A DNA stretch of 64,000 bases from Neoechinorhynchus agilis (GCA_051530055.1 CM121342.1:10059480-10123479); one strand, 5' to 3'; shown: positions 1-13,795, counted from the first letter of the stretch. Notes: generated from the sequence alone by a model not told the origin. Numbers and translations are program-made.

Positions 1-1956
1 AATGTTTGCTCGGGGGAACTTCACTTCTATTTAAGAAGATTAGTAAAATCAACATGGCTGTCTCTTCAAACGTGACACTCCCCCCCCGATTACATAATCC
101 ATCTATACATTTATATATGGACCGTTTCTTAAGATTTTTCCAATAACAGTATCATTTTTCGCCTATGGGTGATTTCATTTCGCACGCATTGCATTCTAAT
201 GGACATATAACGATTTGTAGATCGGATCTCTTTATCGTTTGTGTGAGTGCTTTAATAAGCTTTCATGCATCGTCCTTCTGAAAGGACAGTGGAATTGAAA
301 GTTAGGCAAGCGCACATTAATGCAGTCTTTGGTAAATTTTACGAGCCGTCTCTTAATTAAACCCAAGAGCATCCTCTGAATTTCATTGAAAATAATTCTA
401 TTTGGCTACAACCACGACCAGGGCGCATTCTAAGGATTATCTGGCCAGTGTTTTTGACTAGGGAAATCAATTAACATAATTGGGCTTTTGAGGTCTCGGC
501 TCACATGACCAACTGGTATTGTTGACTCTATAGAGCACCATCATAAAGAGAAGAACTTTCCAGCCTTGCACTAGAATTTAATTTTAACAGCATAAATGAA
601 GGCATCCTCCATCAGACGTAAATCCATATTTAATGCCCATTGCGTCCCTTTGAGACCTAAACGGTTTGCCCTTCCATACTTTCCTTCACAGAAGGAAAAT
701 ATCACAGCTTATAATGTCCTTCTTATCAGTCAAATAAAAAATTATATAATCGCTAGTATACGCCTAAACAGATCGATAGCGATCTCGACTTTTTCATATA
801 TACACACAAAGATATTTTACTAGGCTAATATTTTTTGACGACCTGGTCTAAGTTTAAAGCAAATATTGAATGTTTGCGCAGACATAATCTTGTTATGAGA
901 AAAGATTAAAGCCGATGGTTTCCTCGGTACATTCGAGCAAGATCATCTAGGCAATCAGTAGGAAGTGGTGAATGAAATAATGTCATTTTCCGTCTCCACC
1001 TGCTAAATAGAACGATTGACATTCTTTTTGAAAAATCTTTTTTTTCGAAAGCTAATCAGAAATATCATTTTATTTTAAAGGTCATGCCTTCTCAAATAGG
1101 ACACATCTTAAACGTGCCTTTCCTAGAATTAAGTTTACAACACTTTGGCTTAAATAATCGTTATGTGCCGACCGAGCCTTCTACTTCTCACGCTTCATTA
1201 TCTATTAGAGGGCTTAAAAGAAGCAACTTCAACAATGGGTACCGATTAAGGACAGACATTCGATATGATAAATTCTTTTAAGTGTATACAAAGCGTTATA
1301 TCCACGCTTAAGATCGCCAATGGCTCATAACGACCAGTAGTCGCCTTGAGACGAACCTGTCATTCGAAATGCTTATTTATGGAGTGGTGTCCTTCAGTGC
1401 ACTCTACAAATGTCCTTGAAGCGCCGCCCTCGCAATTAAGAGGCTCACATAATCGGCACTAAATCATAGTCAACTTATCGATCAATAGTGTCCTGATCGA
1501 ATAGAGTTTTACACATATAGACGACCACAGCCGTTGGTTAGGCGACATATAGCCGAACCGATGGCATGACTACTCCAGAGATTAGGATTCTTCGTCCGGC
1601 TGATTTTCCCCCGACGGTGACCGGAGAAAAGTTAAAAGGTAACACTTACACTTTGTGCTATCGTATTTTTGTGACAACTTTGACATGCGTCCATAGATAC
1701 ACTCGCCGGATTTGACCGCTGGCCATTATTTCGCCTCATGTCATTTTGGACTTATTTAAGCGAAAGTACTCAGTGGTGTCAGCTTACACATCTTAGTCTC
1801 CATTGTCGGATACAAACCAGGCACCAGTGATTCCAAATGCCACTAGCGAAATCAAAGCTTAAAGTCCAGCGATACCTCTCTTGATATTTTGGCGTTTCTC
1901 AATCGCTATCTCTCCCACCATTGTACACAAAAATCTTTGATAACTTTTCAGATGCG

Positions 1957-4747
1957 ATGAACACCTTAATATTTCTGCCAACTACCCTACTCATGATTAC
2001 GATCTCTAGAACCATCGACGCTGATAACCTCGAAAAGCTAACAATTAAAAACAGCTTGATCGTCTTTGAACACTCCTCGATCGGCCATTTAGTGGGTGGA
2101 GTCAATGACCAACTGCGTCTTTACGGTCACAACACCGCATTTTCATTTCAATTTTTGCGGAAAAGGAAAAACTCTTTGGAAAGTCATTTGAGTATCAACA
2201 AAGAAACTGGCGAAATCCGGGTTGAATCTGATATCGATCGAGAAAGAGTGTGCAGGGATCCAAATCAAAAGTGCCTTTTTGAACTCCAAATCGCGGCTCG
2301 TTCTATTGATCGCCATTATTTGATAATCTTGCCGGTAATCATCGAGGATATCAATGACAATATTCCCACCTTCGATGTTCCTAACAATTTTTATGAGCTT
2401 GAAATAGCCGAGAATACTATGAAGGGTTACAGAGTACGTCTTCCGACCGCCAAAGATACTGATTTTAATTCAATCGTCAGTTATCATCTTTCTTCGAACG
2501 AAAATCGGCTTCCAGTGGAACTCTTTATAGAAAACGGAGATGTATTTTTGAGTCTGATTGAAAATCTCGATTATGAACGGAAACGAATCTATGATTTCGA
2601 TTTAAAAGCGTGCGATCCAGCAGTAGGGAAATGCTCAAGTTTAAAAATAAAATTAAAAGTCATCGATTTGGACGATAATCCACCACGTTTTCTTGTTCGC
2701 CAATATCGATTCGAAGTTCATGAAAACGCAACAAATGAAACTGCTATTGGAATCGTGAGAGCTCATGACAAGGACAGTCTTAGCAATCTGAAATACAAAA
2801 TCGCAGCCGAAGAAAATGTGCCCTTTCTCATTAACTCAAATTCAGGGCGAATATTTTTGAACGAAAACATTGACGCTGAGCGTAAAGCTGATTATGAATT
2901 TAAAGTTCTAGTTTCCGATGGAACTGGATCATCAGATTCAGCTGTCGTACAAGTTAAGATTATCGATATTGATGACAATCCCAGCGAGCTAATTTTTCAA
3001 CCTGAGGGCAATGGAACAACCATCGAGAAACATGAATACGTTTATAATTATTCGACACTAATCTCAACTAATGGCCGTCTGGGTCAACTTGAAATATCGG
3101 ACCTGGATGTGTCATTTTCGTCTAATAAAGTCATCCTCAACAATCCGTCGCGAAAATTATTTTATCTATTGACAGAAAACGATCGACAGATTTTGATTCT
3201 TAACATGACACAATTGGACGCTCTCAATGAGATTATTCGTCCTAATTTTATTCAAATCCTCAACTGCTCTGTACATGTAAACGATCAAGAGTTCATTCTG
3301 GCGTTTAAGTTTAAAACGGACAATCATTTTGCTCCTGAATTCGATCAAAGTCGATATGTGTTTGAATATTCTATAGACGAATTCATTAAGCTTGACGATA
3401 ATGGAAAATCTGTTGGTAAAGTGATGGCAACGGACAAAGATCAAGATGCTATTGGCTACTACCTAATTGCGACTCAAGATTCGGATTTATTTAACATCGA
3501 AAATGGAAACATCTTTACAACAAAGCCGATTCCATTAGTACCCTACGAGTATAAACTCAGAGTTGGAGCACGAGACGAAGGTGATAGATTCCCCAGGAGA
3601 CATTCGGAACCCGTTGATGTTTCCATACGGATCGGTGACATTCTTCAACGTCGATCTCGTGATCATTTAATTTGGAATTTTCAATTTCCGGAAGGGTCAA
3701 CTGGACTAATTGGCAGATTGTTCTCAAAGAAGATTGGGATTAAACTCAAGGGCACTGGAGCTGATAATTTTGGCGTTGACAGTCATACTAATATTTACGC
3801 CAAGCATGCATTAGATCGTGAAAGGCGCTCGAAATATTATCTAAATATTTTTTCTGATCGAAAGAAGAATAACAATGTGTGGATAGTTATAATTGATTTG
3901 TTGGATATTAACGACAATGCACCGATTATTGACTATCCGTTTCCCAATGCGAACTGCCACTTCGCTCGGTTGATAGCTGGTCAAATATTATTTCGCGTTA
4001 GGGCTCATGATCCTGATGAAGGTCCAAATGCCTATCTGTCCTATCGATTGTCTAAAACTTCTAATCCTCAGGAAGCTGTTGTGATGTTAGATAGAGACGG
4101 CAATATAATAGCTACAAAGAATTGCAGTGGAGAGAATAGTTACTATGTTGAAGTTATAATAACTGATAATGGCTCTCCGGCGATGAGCACTTCTATTGGA
4201 TTTCAAATTCACGTTTCAAAAGGGATTACACCTTTCAATCGATCTTTTATGGGTAATTTTATAGGATCCAAATCAATATTGTTTGGTTCTGTATTTCTGC
4301 TATCGATATTGTTGGTATTGACAACATTTTTGTGTCTAATTAGACGGAATTGCATTGAAAATGTTATTTTAAACGATTGCCATAAGGTATAATTTCTTTA
4401 TTTGCACAATTTTCAATAATTTTTTTTCAAGAAAAAGACAGTTGGATTGGATAATTTACAGATTTCAAACGAAGAATACGTTCGTTTGCCTAGAAATGGT
4501 AATCGCGTTTTTTATTTTAAATTTTTTTCATTTAATTTCGGATTATTTAGCAATTGACGAAGGTGGTTCAGTTGCCATGTCCTCTTATACATCAAAGCCT
4601 GCTACCGAAGAAGAATATATTCGCAGCAGTGGAGAAATATCGAGAAATTGCACATCTTCAAGTCATCGATCAAGTTCTTGTGAACATCCTTTAGATCTAG
4701 GCATCCGGCTAGATAATAAAATTAACGCCATGACAACTTTCATATAA
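1957..4747 (+). CDS. Protocadherin-like protein, copy 1 (signal peptide, about 6 cadherin repeats, TM, short cytoplasmic tail); exons 1957-4386, 4432-4498, 4551-4747
   Basis: Cadherin motifs IDRE, DINDNIPTF, LDYE, DLDDNPPRF, DINDNAP; ectodomain plus TM in one large exon; hydrophobic TM near 4290-4340; two GT-AG introns of 45 and 52 nt (phases 0 and 1) give a continuous frame. Confidence 0.9.
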
Positions 4748-7700
4748 GATTGTAAATTAAAAATTTCATGTTCGTCAGTTGTAAATAAATTACAAAAAAA
4801 ATCGAGTGATAGCGACAGTAACTCTATGGGGGTGTAAGAACTGTCAAAAATTAGTTTTAGACACGTTGACAGGAGTATTAAATTTATTAAAGACTTCTCT
4901 TACTAACCTGCCATTTCTTGTTTCCAGCAAAAACCAATTTTCATAGCATAAAGCATTATACGAACTTTGTAGATTTAATGAACCTTCAAGTTCATTTTTA
5001 TCTATTCATCAGTTCATGCATACGCATAAACAATCACTGACATTAAGTGGATAATGAACCGTCTGCATTTATCCTAAGGCGCCAAGATGATCAATTGCAT
5101 ACCGCAGACAATGGGGAGATTGTGGGATTTAGACTATAGGAGCCCTTCATTGTCACACCTCGTGGTGAAGTACCTGACGTTCGTGAATTATTATAAACCT
5201 TCGTATTTGCACAAAGCTAGTTTTCCTCAACCTTCATACTATCACATATTCAATTTCATCACTGATATCCTGTCAACATTCATTTAGAATTATTAGCCAC
5301 AGATAATATTCTGCTTAATTATTTTTATTACCTTTCACGCCTATCCACTCTTGTTTTCATATCAGACAAAATAGATACTGATATGAGCGAAACTTGAGTC
5401 CATGCCGGGTTTAGAGCGACGGAATCACTGTGTCCCACATGGCCATAAAACTCATTTTTAAGCTTTTAATAACATCAAACAAAAATAATTAATTTACCCA
5501 TATTGAGTGCCTTTATCAAGTACCGGATTGTATAATTGGTGTATTAACTATCCCTTTTTCGTGAGAAACGTTGTTTTGTACTGTTAATTATAGCTTTCCG
5601 TTCGATTAAATTCGCTGATTAAAAAAATTCACAACAATTTCGTGGCATCGGTTTATAGTCAAGAGCGAACTACTTTATGTATAGAAAAGTTTGCTTCTAA
5701 TGACTTATTCTTAACGGTACCATAGAACGCAAATGACCTTTAAACCGACTATTTACTCGCTATTATTTCCGTTTTGTTTGAACCTTTTGATACTTAAAGT
5801 AAACATATTAGATATTTGAGAATGTCATACTGCTGGTATTTTAAACCCGAAATATAATATTAATAATTCAGCTGTGAATCGTGTTTCCTTTTTAAACACA
5901 GCTACTTTGAATTATGTGATATTAGAATTAACTAATTAACGGCGATTGAACTACTTAACCGTTAAAGGATGATATTTTTTTGTTTAAAAACGTCCTTTCA
6001 TCTGATTGGCTAGAAATTCTAACCTCTTTTATCACTCAAACCAATGTAACACAATACGGTGCAAATACTCTAGTTATAGGCCGTCCTTCTACTCACGAAT
6101 AATCGCCCTTTTATCTTCTTTTATTCTAAAAATTTAGCAAACAATATTCGGACAAAAACACTTTTATTTCTTAATATTATCCCAGAATAATCATGGACGC
6201 ATGCTTGATTTTATTTGAAGTCGTGCATTTAACAAATCTACTTAAAGTTTATGGTCAAGTGTTTCGTTCATGATATAAGTACTAAGATATTAAAGTTTTT
6301 ATAAATATATTTTTAAATCCAACACAACTTATAAAAATTTCTACCAAAAGAAAAAATCCTTTTAAAAATAGTTGCGCTTTATTCTTATCATAACAAAAGC
6401 GGTACGCTTTAATTATAATTTTATAATACTGCAAGTTTATTCACACTTGCAAAAGAACTTCGCAGAAACTTTTATCTATGTTTTCGACGTTTCGGAAATA
6501 TGTTTTGGTTATCGTTTTTGATATTATGTATGTGGAAGGCATGAAATTTATTACCGAATTATCCTGTGTTTTCGATGAAAAGATAATTTTCACCTTGCCA
6601 AAATCTAGGACTGTTCACTATTCTTACAACGCGTGCGCTACCTTTTACACTTGTACCAATTATCCGAAACTCTTTTAGACACAAAAATGAAAAATATGGG
6701 CAAACTCATCGCTGTCGCTATTTTATTAGCGATAACGGCTTTATGTGATCCAATCAAAAAAATTTATCTCAAAACCAGTATCACCCTGATCGAACACTCC
6801 TCGATCGGCCATTTAGTGGGTGGAGTCAATGACCAACTGCGTCTTTACGGTCACAACACCGCATTTTCATTTCAATTTTTGCGGAAAAGGAAAAACTCTT
6901 TGGAAAGTCATTTGAGTATCAACAAAGAAACTGGCGAAATCCGGGTTGAATCTGATATCGATCGAGAAAGAGTGTGCAGGGATCCAAATCAAAAGTGCCT
7001 TTTTGAACTCCAAATCGCGGCTCGTTCTATTGATCGCCATTATTTGATAATCTTGCCGGTAATCATCGAGGATATCAATGACAATATTCCCACCTTCGAT
7101 GTTCCTAACAATTTTTATGAGCTTGAAATAGCCGAGAATACTATGAAGGGTTACAGAGTACGTCTTCCGACCGCCAAAGATACTGATTTTAATTCAATCG
7201 TCAGTTATCATCTTTCTTCGAACGAAAATCGGCTTCCAGTGGAACTCTTTATAGAAAACGGAGATGTATTTTTGAGTCTGATTGAAAATCTCGATTATGA
7301 ACGGAAACGAATCTATGATTTCGATTTAAAAGCGTGCGATCCAGCAGTAGGGAAATGCTCAAGTTTAAAAATAAAATTAAAAGTCATCGATTTGGACGAT
7401 AATCCACCACGTTTTCTTGTTCGCCAATATCGATTCGAAGTTCATGAAAACGCAACAAATGAAACTGCTATTGGAATCGTGAGAGCTCATGACAAGGACA
7501 GTCTTAGCAATCTGAAATACAAAATCGCAGCCGAAGAAAATGTGCCCTTTCTCATTAACTCAAATTCAGGGCGAATATTTTTGAACGAAAACATTGACGC
7601 TGAGCGTAAAGCTGATTATGAATTTAAAGTTCTAGTTTCCGATGGAACTGGATCATCAGATTCAGCTGTCGTACAAGTTAAGATTATCGATATTGATGAC

Positions 7701-8477
7701 AATCCCAGCGAGCTAATTTTTCAACCTGAGGGCAATGGAACAACCATGGAGAAACATGAATACGTTTATAATTATTCGACACTAATCTCAACTAATGGCC
7801 GTCTGGGTCAACTTGAAATATCGGACCTGGATGTGTCATTTTCGTCTAATAAAGTCATCCTCAACAATCCGTCGCGAAAATTATTTTATCTATTGACAGA
7901 AAACGATCGACAGATTTTGATTCTTAACATGACACAATTGGACGCTCTCAATGAGATTATTCGTCCTGATTTTATTCAAATCCTCAACTGCTCTGTACAT
8001 GTAAACGATCAAGAGTTCATTCTGGCGTTTAAGTTTAAAACGGACAATCATTTTGCTCCTGAATTCGATCAAAGTCGATATGTGTTTGAATATTCTATAG
8101 ACGAATTCATTAAGCTTGACGATAATGGAAAATCTGTTGGTAAAGTGATGGCAACGGACAAAGATCAAGATGCTATTGGCTACTACCTAATTGCGACTCA
8201 AGATTCGGATTTATTTAACATCGAAAATGGAAACATCTTTACAACAAAGCCGATTCCATTAGTACCCTACGAGTATAAACTCAGAGTTGGAGCACGAGAC
8301 GAAGGTGATAGATTCCCCAGGAGACATTCGGAACCCGTTGATGTTTCCATACGGATCGGTGACATTCTTCAACGTCGATCTCGTGATCATTTAATTTGGA
8401 ATTTTCAATTTCCGGAAGGGTCAACTGGACTAATTGGCAGATTGTTCTCAAAGAAGATTGGGATTAAACTCAAGGGC
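2068..8477 (+). repeat. Near-identical 1686-bp block shared by the two protocadherins (2068-3753 and 6792-8477, offset 4724)
   Basis: By-eye comparison found only two differences (3024 C vs 7748 G; 3244 A vs 7968 G); flanking signal-peptide and membrane-proximal sequences are clearly divergent. Confidence 0.92.
4880..5300 (-). mobile_element. Highly decayed Penelope-like RT remnant
   Basis: Broken minus-strand translations resemble PLE RT segments (L*SKSHNLPIV near the YGLPKIHK motif; FCWKQE near the YxQxxG motif); many stops. Confidence 0.3.
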
Positions 8478-9328
8478 GACGGCGCTTTAAAATTCCGAAT
8501 TGATGCCGAATCAAATATCTACGTCAAGCGGCCATTGGACCGAGAGATGCGCTCATCATACCTTTTAAATGTTTCTCCGTTGCATACTGCGTATAAAGCG
8601 GATTGGAGTATTGCAATCTCAGTTGAAGACATCAACGATAACGCCCCAGTTATTTTTTACCCACCGGAAAACTCTAAATTTTATTTTCCATGCTTGACTG
8701 CTGGTGAAATTTTAATGAGAATTAAAGCCACGGATGCAGATCAAGACTTTAAGTCCCTACTTAGTTATCGGATATTACCGTCAAATCATTCAAATGTACT
8801 TAATTTAACAATTGACAATGAAGGTCACGTTCGATCATCTAACGATGAAACCCGATTAATGACCGAGTACATCGCAGTGGTCGTTTCGGATAATGGTAAT
8901 CCACCTCAAAGTTCATCCGTCGGATTCTTGATCAATATTGTTGGTAATTTGAGTAGTTCAGCTGAGCACGCTCGATATAACTTAATTCAGCTAAAGTTAA
9001 ATGTTGTATACACGGCTGCATTGGTTATTATGCTCATATCGATAATGATTATTTTTTTGCGTGTTTTCCTTAAAAGATGGTACATGGAAAAAAGTATGGA
9101 TCCAATAGTTCGATCGACTAAAAGTAAGTTTTAAAAGAAAAACAAATTTAGGGATTTTATCACGTTGAATTTTTAGGTAACGAAGCTGATTACATAACAA
9201 TCACATCGGGAATCTTGAGCAATAATAGCGATAAATCCAATCAACCTGTTGAATCGCTTATTCCCTTTAATAGAGAATCTTACCATTTTTATGATGTTGG
9301 TACATCAAAAATGGAAATAATGTTATGA
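6687..9328 (+). CDS. Protocadherin-like protein, copy 2; exons 6687-9123, 9177-9328
   Basis: Same cadherin motifs; signal peptide MKNMGKLIAVAILLAITALC; TM near 9005-9070; phase-1 GTAAGT...TTTAG intron of 53 nt gives a cytoplasmic exon ending TGA 9328, followed by AATAAA. Confidence 0.9.
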
Positions 9329-9606
9329 GAGTTGGTAAAGATTGTTATAAATGTAAATAAATGTAAAGAGATTTTTGTGTCGCCTGATGGGAAACGTCTT
9401 CTTCATAAAAAAACATTACGTTGAATCATATCAGGTGCATCTTGGCGTTCCCATTATTTCTATCTGATTTCCGGTTTACAATCACTTTTTGATTTCTTGA
9501 TCTCGCCATTATCCGATATCTGTGAAACTCAGAAAGGCGTTTAGTGCGCTGTTCTCAGCTTTCTCGTCATTTTGTCTGAGCAGCGATACGTGCATTTGCC
9601 TTAATA

Positions 9607-10146
9607 ATGGCATCGTCAACACCGCAAAAATCAGGTTTCCACACGGTTCCTTTAAGAATCACCGTCTCTTCGGCTACAATGGATAAAGATGCTCCAAAAG
9701 GATACAATGACCTACAATTGGCTTTGATGAGCGTACACTTTGACGACGACGGAGGTACATCGGTTTACGAGACTGAATCGACATCCAGTGTGATAATGGA
9801 TCTTAAACCTTTCCACAACAAGGAAGTCGGTGGACAAAACAGTTCAAATTTGTCAATAAACTATACAGTCAATATTAGTTCTTCGCGTCAATACGACGAT
9901 TATTCGTCCAGATCTCCAATTCATTTTCTGTTAATCGTATCGGCTGACTCGAATCTGAGCAGAATACAAAAAATGGAAATTCTAAGACGATATGCTCGAA
10001 ACTATTACGGCTCACTAAGATTTCTCAATGAATACAGGAAAGTTAAGAATTTCGATTACGATCGACAAATGACAGAAATCGATGCTCTTATGTGTTCGTT
10101 AGCTATCTTAGAAAATATTGACCGACAAGGCTGTGGTGGATCATAA
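9607..10146 (+). CDS. Hypothetical protein, 179 aa
   Basis: Uninterrupted ATG-started ORF with gene-like composition between co-oriented genes; no family recognised. Confidence 0.6.
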   Translation: MASSTPQKSGFHTVPLRITVSSATMDKDAPKGYNDLQLALMSVHFDDDGGTSVYETESTSSVIMDLKPFHNKEVGGQNSSNLSINYTVNISSSRQYDDYSSRSPIHFLLIVSADSNLSRIQKMEILRRYARNYYGSLRFLNEYRKVKNFDYDRQMTEIDALMCSLAILENIDRQGCGGS

Positions 10147-10611
10147 GTGTGTGAGTGTGTGTGAGTGATCGCTAATAATCGAATGCTAATCTCGACATGA
10201 AAAATGAACATTAAAAGCTCAGTCTTTAGGTTTAGTTGGCAATTGCTCCCATCAATTTCATCTACAAGGAAAAAAATATTGAGTGAATGTTAATTTTTTA
10301 TGCGGAAATTTTCATTCTGGTGATGATATCCTAAAGAGTTTACTCCGAGATTTCTCTACAAAACATCTCTCAAACGAGTGAAGTGTGTCCAGTTATTAAA
10401 AAATATAAGTTTTTATACTTAGAAATTGAGATTATGGAAGTTCCGCTATAGTTGAAGTTCGTTCCATTATGGAAATTGTAGAAATTTTACATCCCAACAT
10501 AAAATATTGGGATTCAAATGCAGAAATTCCATTTGGTTAGGTTAAAAATCATCGCTAGTAAATCTTTAAAGGTGAATATCGATCTTGAAAATGGCGATTT
10601 GAGATAAGATT

Positions 10612-11969
10612 ATGGTCGATCAAGATAAATCGATTTCAACCGTGAGCACCAGTTTCCATAGAAACGATGAAGTTCCAACTGTTAAGAGTTTTTATTTGAG
10701 ACGTCCAGTAAAAATTTGCTTAAAAAAATGATACCCCAGGGAAAAGATTCTTCAAATCGATCGACAAACGTCAAGGAAACATCGACGGCAGGAGAAGATG
10801 AAAGTCATGATGAATGTATTGAGCATTTACCGGCGATTTGCTGTATAGATTCGGAAGGAAGGGTTAGTCGAGTTCTCGGAAAAGGATACAGTGTTGATTT
10901 GCAGGCTAAGTGCAAGTTATTACCTGCGAAAGGAAATAGTCTACTTCAGGGCGGAGATGTTTTTTTAGAGAAGGATCAAATGTTCAATAAATTGGTTGAT
11001 GTTGACCTTAACAGTGAATCCGATGGAGGTTATGCTGATTTCGATGAATCGTCAGTTAACCATGGCGAACAATATGTAACTGATTTCTATCTTCATGTTC
11101 GTTCAAGACATCTTTTGTATTATAAGGGCGAAAAGGTTGTCTTTAGGGACTTTGTCTCCGATTCTTTGGTTTTATGGAATAATCCATGGCCAGAATACGC
11201 TCCACCGTGTTTTCAACTGGATGCAAGTTTCTTCAATTATACCGATCCAAACATAGACAACTATGATGATTCTACGTGGTTTTCGTTTAATTCAGTCGAT
11301 AAGCAATTGGATAAATCAAATAATATTAGATTTACAATAGATAGAACTAGCTGTATGGGAGTCTACCTTCTTGACGATAAAGGAAGACCAATGAATCCAA
11401 TGGGGAGAACTGGTTTGTGTGGACGCGGACTACTTCAATTATGGGGACCGAATCATATTCGCCAATATTTGATAACTAGACCAACTGAAAAAAACGGATA
11501 CGAGTTCGTGAGTGTATATTCGCCGGCATTGAATAGATGGTTGTTTCCCGAAGGAAATAAGTTTGAGGATATGGGAGTAGTATCCGATAAAGTAGCAGGT
11601 AGATTCGCAATGGAATTAGTTTGCAGGAGGGCAATGGGCATTCTGCGAGCTCAAAAGGCTAAGCTCGATCAGTTGTTAAAGTTCAGATCTGGTACCGTTT
11701 TCTACTCTGGTTACTTGGATGATTCAAGGAATACAGATAATGCATGGATTGAGGTTGATGTAGTGAGTATCCATGACAAGGAACAAGTGCTTGAGGAGTT
11801 CAATCTGGATGATCCACGCGGAACAGCGCTGAGTTCGAATACCGTCAGTTGGATTTCAAAGACTGACGAAAGGCTTCATGAGTCTTGCAAAGATCTACTA
11901 GTTGCTTATGAGAGTAAGTGCAATGAGAGATTCAGTCAATTGCTCTCAGAAGGAAATGAAACAAACTAA
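10612..11969 (+). CDS. NUDT9-like (ADP-ribose pyrophosphatase / TRPM2 NUDT9H fold) protein with degenerate Nudix box; probable exons 10612-10680 and 10740-11969
   Basis: Motifs PMNPMGRTGLCGRGLLQLWGPNH and GYLDDSRNTDNAWIE match NUDT9 family signatures; a phase-0 GT-AG intron of 59 nt links an upstream ATG exon. Confidence 0.8.
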
Positions 11970-12159
11970 CGTGATTTCGTGCGATCTTGTGAGAGACAAA
12001 TGGAGCTTTGACTCGCTTTAACCATGGAGCCATATTTGGAACTCACTAGTGTTATGCATGCGATCAATAGCAAAAAAACTCATGCTTTTTAGTCTCTTGC
12101 GCTATTCTTAAATTCTGAAGACACGCAAACAAGGCGAAAAAGCAAGAAAATTCAAAAAT

Positions 12160-12930
12160 ATGCGTTTATCCGATACGGATTATAAAAGACTCAAAGTTAA
12201 GGTAATCATTATTCACTCGAAAAGCACGTATTCCATTCCCAAACATATACAAGAAGGAAAAAAATTTGAGTCAAAAGCTCAGAGATGTTTCATTGGCAAA
12301 CAAAATAGAGAGCTGAAAAAGCATATATTTTTTCTATTTAGATCGAAAATTTAAAAACGCGATTAAACAAAAAAGAAGCGGAATCGCTTCGGCAGCAAGC
12401 ATACTTGGACGCATCTGAAATCAGTAAATCTAATCTCCAACATCAAGTGAACATTTTAAAATGAGGTTTCTCAATCATGTTTTGAAACCAAGATTGAGAA
12501 ATTCCCGAATAAAGGACTCATTATCATCCACTCAAGCGCAATTAAAGTTATGTCAATCAGAGGTAAACATTGATTTTCGTTGTTGTTATCTTAAAAGAAG
12601 ATTTTCATTATAGCTGGATGATGCTCAATCAATTATAAGAGATCGAGAGTCGTTGATCGAATATCAGACCGACAGAATAGGAACAATGTTGCAACATTTG
12701 ATTGATGCCCAATCCATCACAAACGATCTTTATGACAAATTATCCATTAAGGAGAAGAGAATGAGCAGCTTGTACAAAAAGGTTTTTTCGTTTATTGGAA
12801 AAATGCCCACTTGTTTGAGTTTAGATGATTGCAATTCACGATAAATACGCGATAGACAATTTGGAAGATGGTCGAGGGATTTCTGGCATTAAAGAAACAA
12901 ACATTGATTCTCGACTAGCAAAGGAATAGA
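12160..12930 (+). CDS. Multi-exon coiled-coil protein (partial model)
   Basis: Short exons (MRLSDTDYKRLKVK; IENLKTRLNKKEAESLRQQ; LDDAQSIIRDRESLIEYQ...) separated by about 50-nt GT-AG introns; heptad-like composition. Confidence 0.45.
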
Positions 12931-13062
12931 TCGAAAAATATTTTTAGTCGTAAAAACAGGATGATTTTCTGTCATTTTAAATATAAATTATTTTTGGACA
13001 TGCTACAATTAAGGATAAGATGTAAAAATCGAAATAGGAAATATATATATATATTGAATATG

Positions 13063-13445
13063 CATTTCCGCATCAAAATTCGTCTCTGTTCTTATCAATA
13101 TTCATTGATGAATATCGTTCAAAATGTTTTGATCTAGAAAGTGAAACTGATCGTTTTTTTAATAACGAACAAGTTTAAAAATCCAAATATGAAACTCTAC
13201 AAAATGATCAGCATTTAAACGCAACAAAAAAAGATTATAATGTTATCAAAGTTTTAAATAAACAATTAAATACAAAAACACGGTTATATACAAGAATAGA
13301 CATTTCCGCATTAAAATTCGTCTCTCTTCTTACCAATATTCATTGATGAATATCGTTCAAAATCTTTTGATATGTAAAGTGCCACTGATCGTTTTTTAAT
13401 GATGAACAATTTTAAAAATCCAAATAGGAAACTCAACAAAATGAT
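13063..13445. repeat. Local direct duplication of about 145 bp (13063-13208 and 13301-13445)
   Basis: CATTTCCGCAT(C/T)AAAATTCGTCTCT...AAAATGAT occurs twice about 240 bp apart. Confidence 0.8.
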
Positions 13446-13489
13446 TTAAAATATCCAAAAAGTTTTATCCTTTTGAAGACTGGTCAGCC

Positions 13490-13795
13490 GGTAACTTATT
13501 AAGTATTTCTGTGCAGCCTTTTCCTCGGCTGATAGTTTTCCTTGGGCACACAACCCACCGATCTGGTTCAGGATAGCGCATGAAATCACTTGATACCCTG
13601 AACCATCCGGTTATGAGTTTGTACATTTCTCCGGATTCTCAGATACCTCCCGAGGAGGCGGGACTCATCAGTGAGTTTCCTCCCTTCAGCGATATTTCGT
13701 CCACTTTGGTTGTGCGTCATTGGCGATCGTGGATTTGAACCTATTACCCTGAAACAGGGATCCGGGGCACGAGTCCACTAGACCACCTCAACACC
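13490..13795 (-). mobile_element. tRNA-derived SINE
   Basis: Minus strand has A-box TGGTCTAGTGG (13785-13775) and B-box GGTTCAAATCC (13741-13731) followed by a GC-richer body; the 3' body recurs at about 38558-38650. Confidence 0.7.

Noticed and set aside
596-1900. Short ORFs at the start of the window
   Set aside because: Short, no recognisable motifs or splice structure; treated as intergenic.
3166-8168. Identical 92-aa antisense ORFs at 3166-3444 and 7890-8168
   Set aside because: Shadow frames of the duplicated protocadherin block.
12457-12494. Possible eighth TA-type intron (TAAAATG...AAGAT, GGTTTC/GAAACC stem) in the coiled-coil gene
   Set aside because: The stem is only 6 bp, the downstream exon would start TG, and a phase-compatible GT-AG intron (12447-12514) explains the junction.
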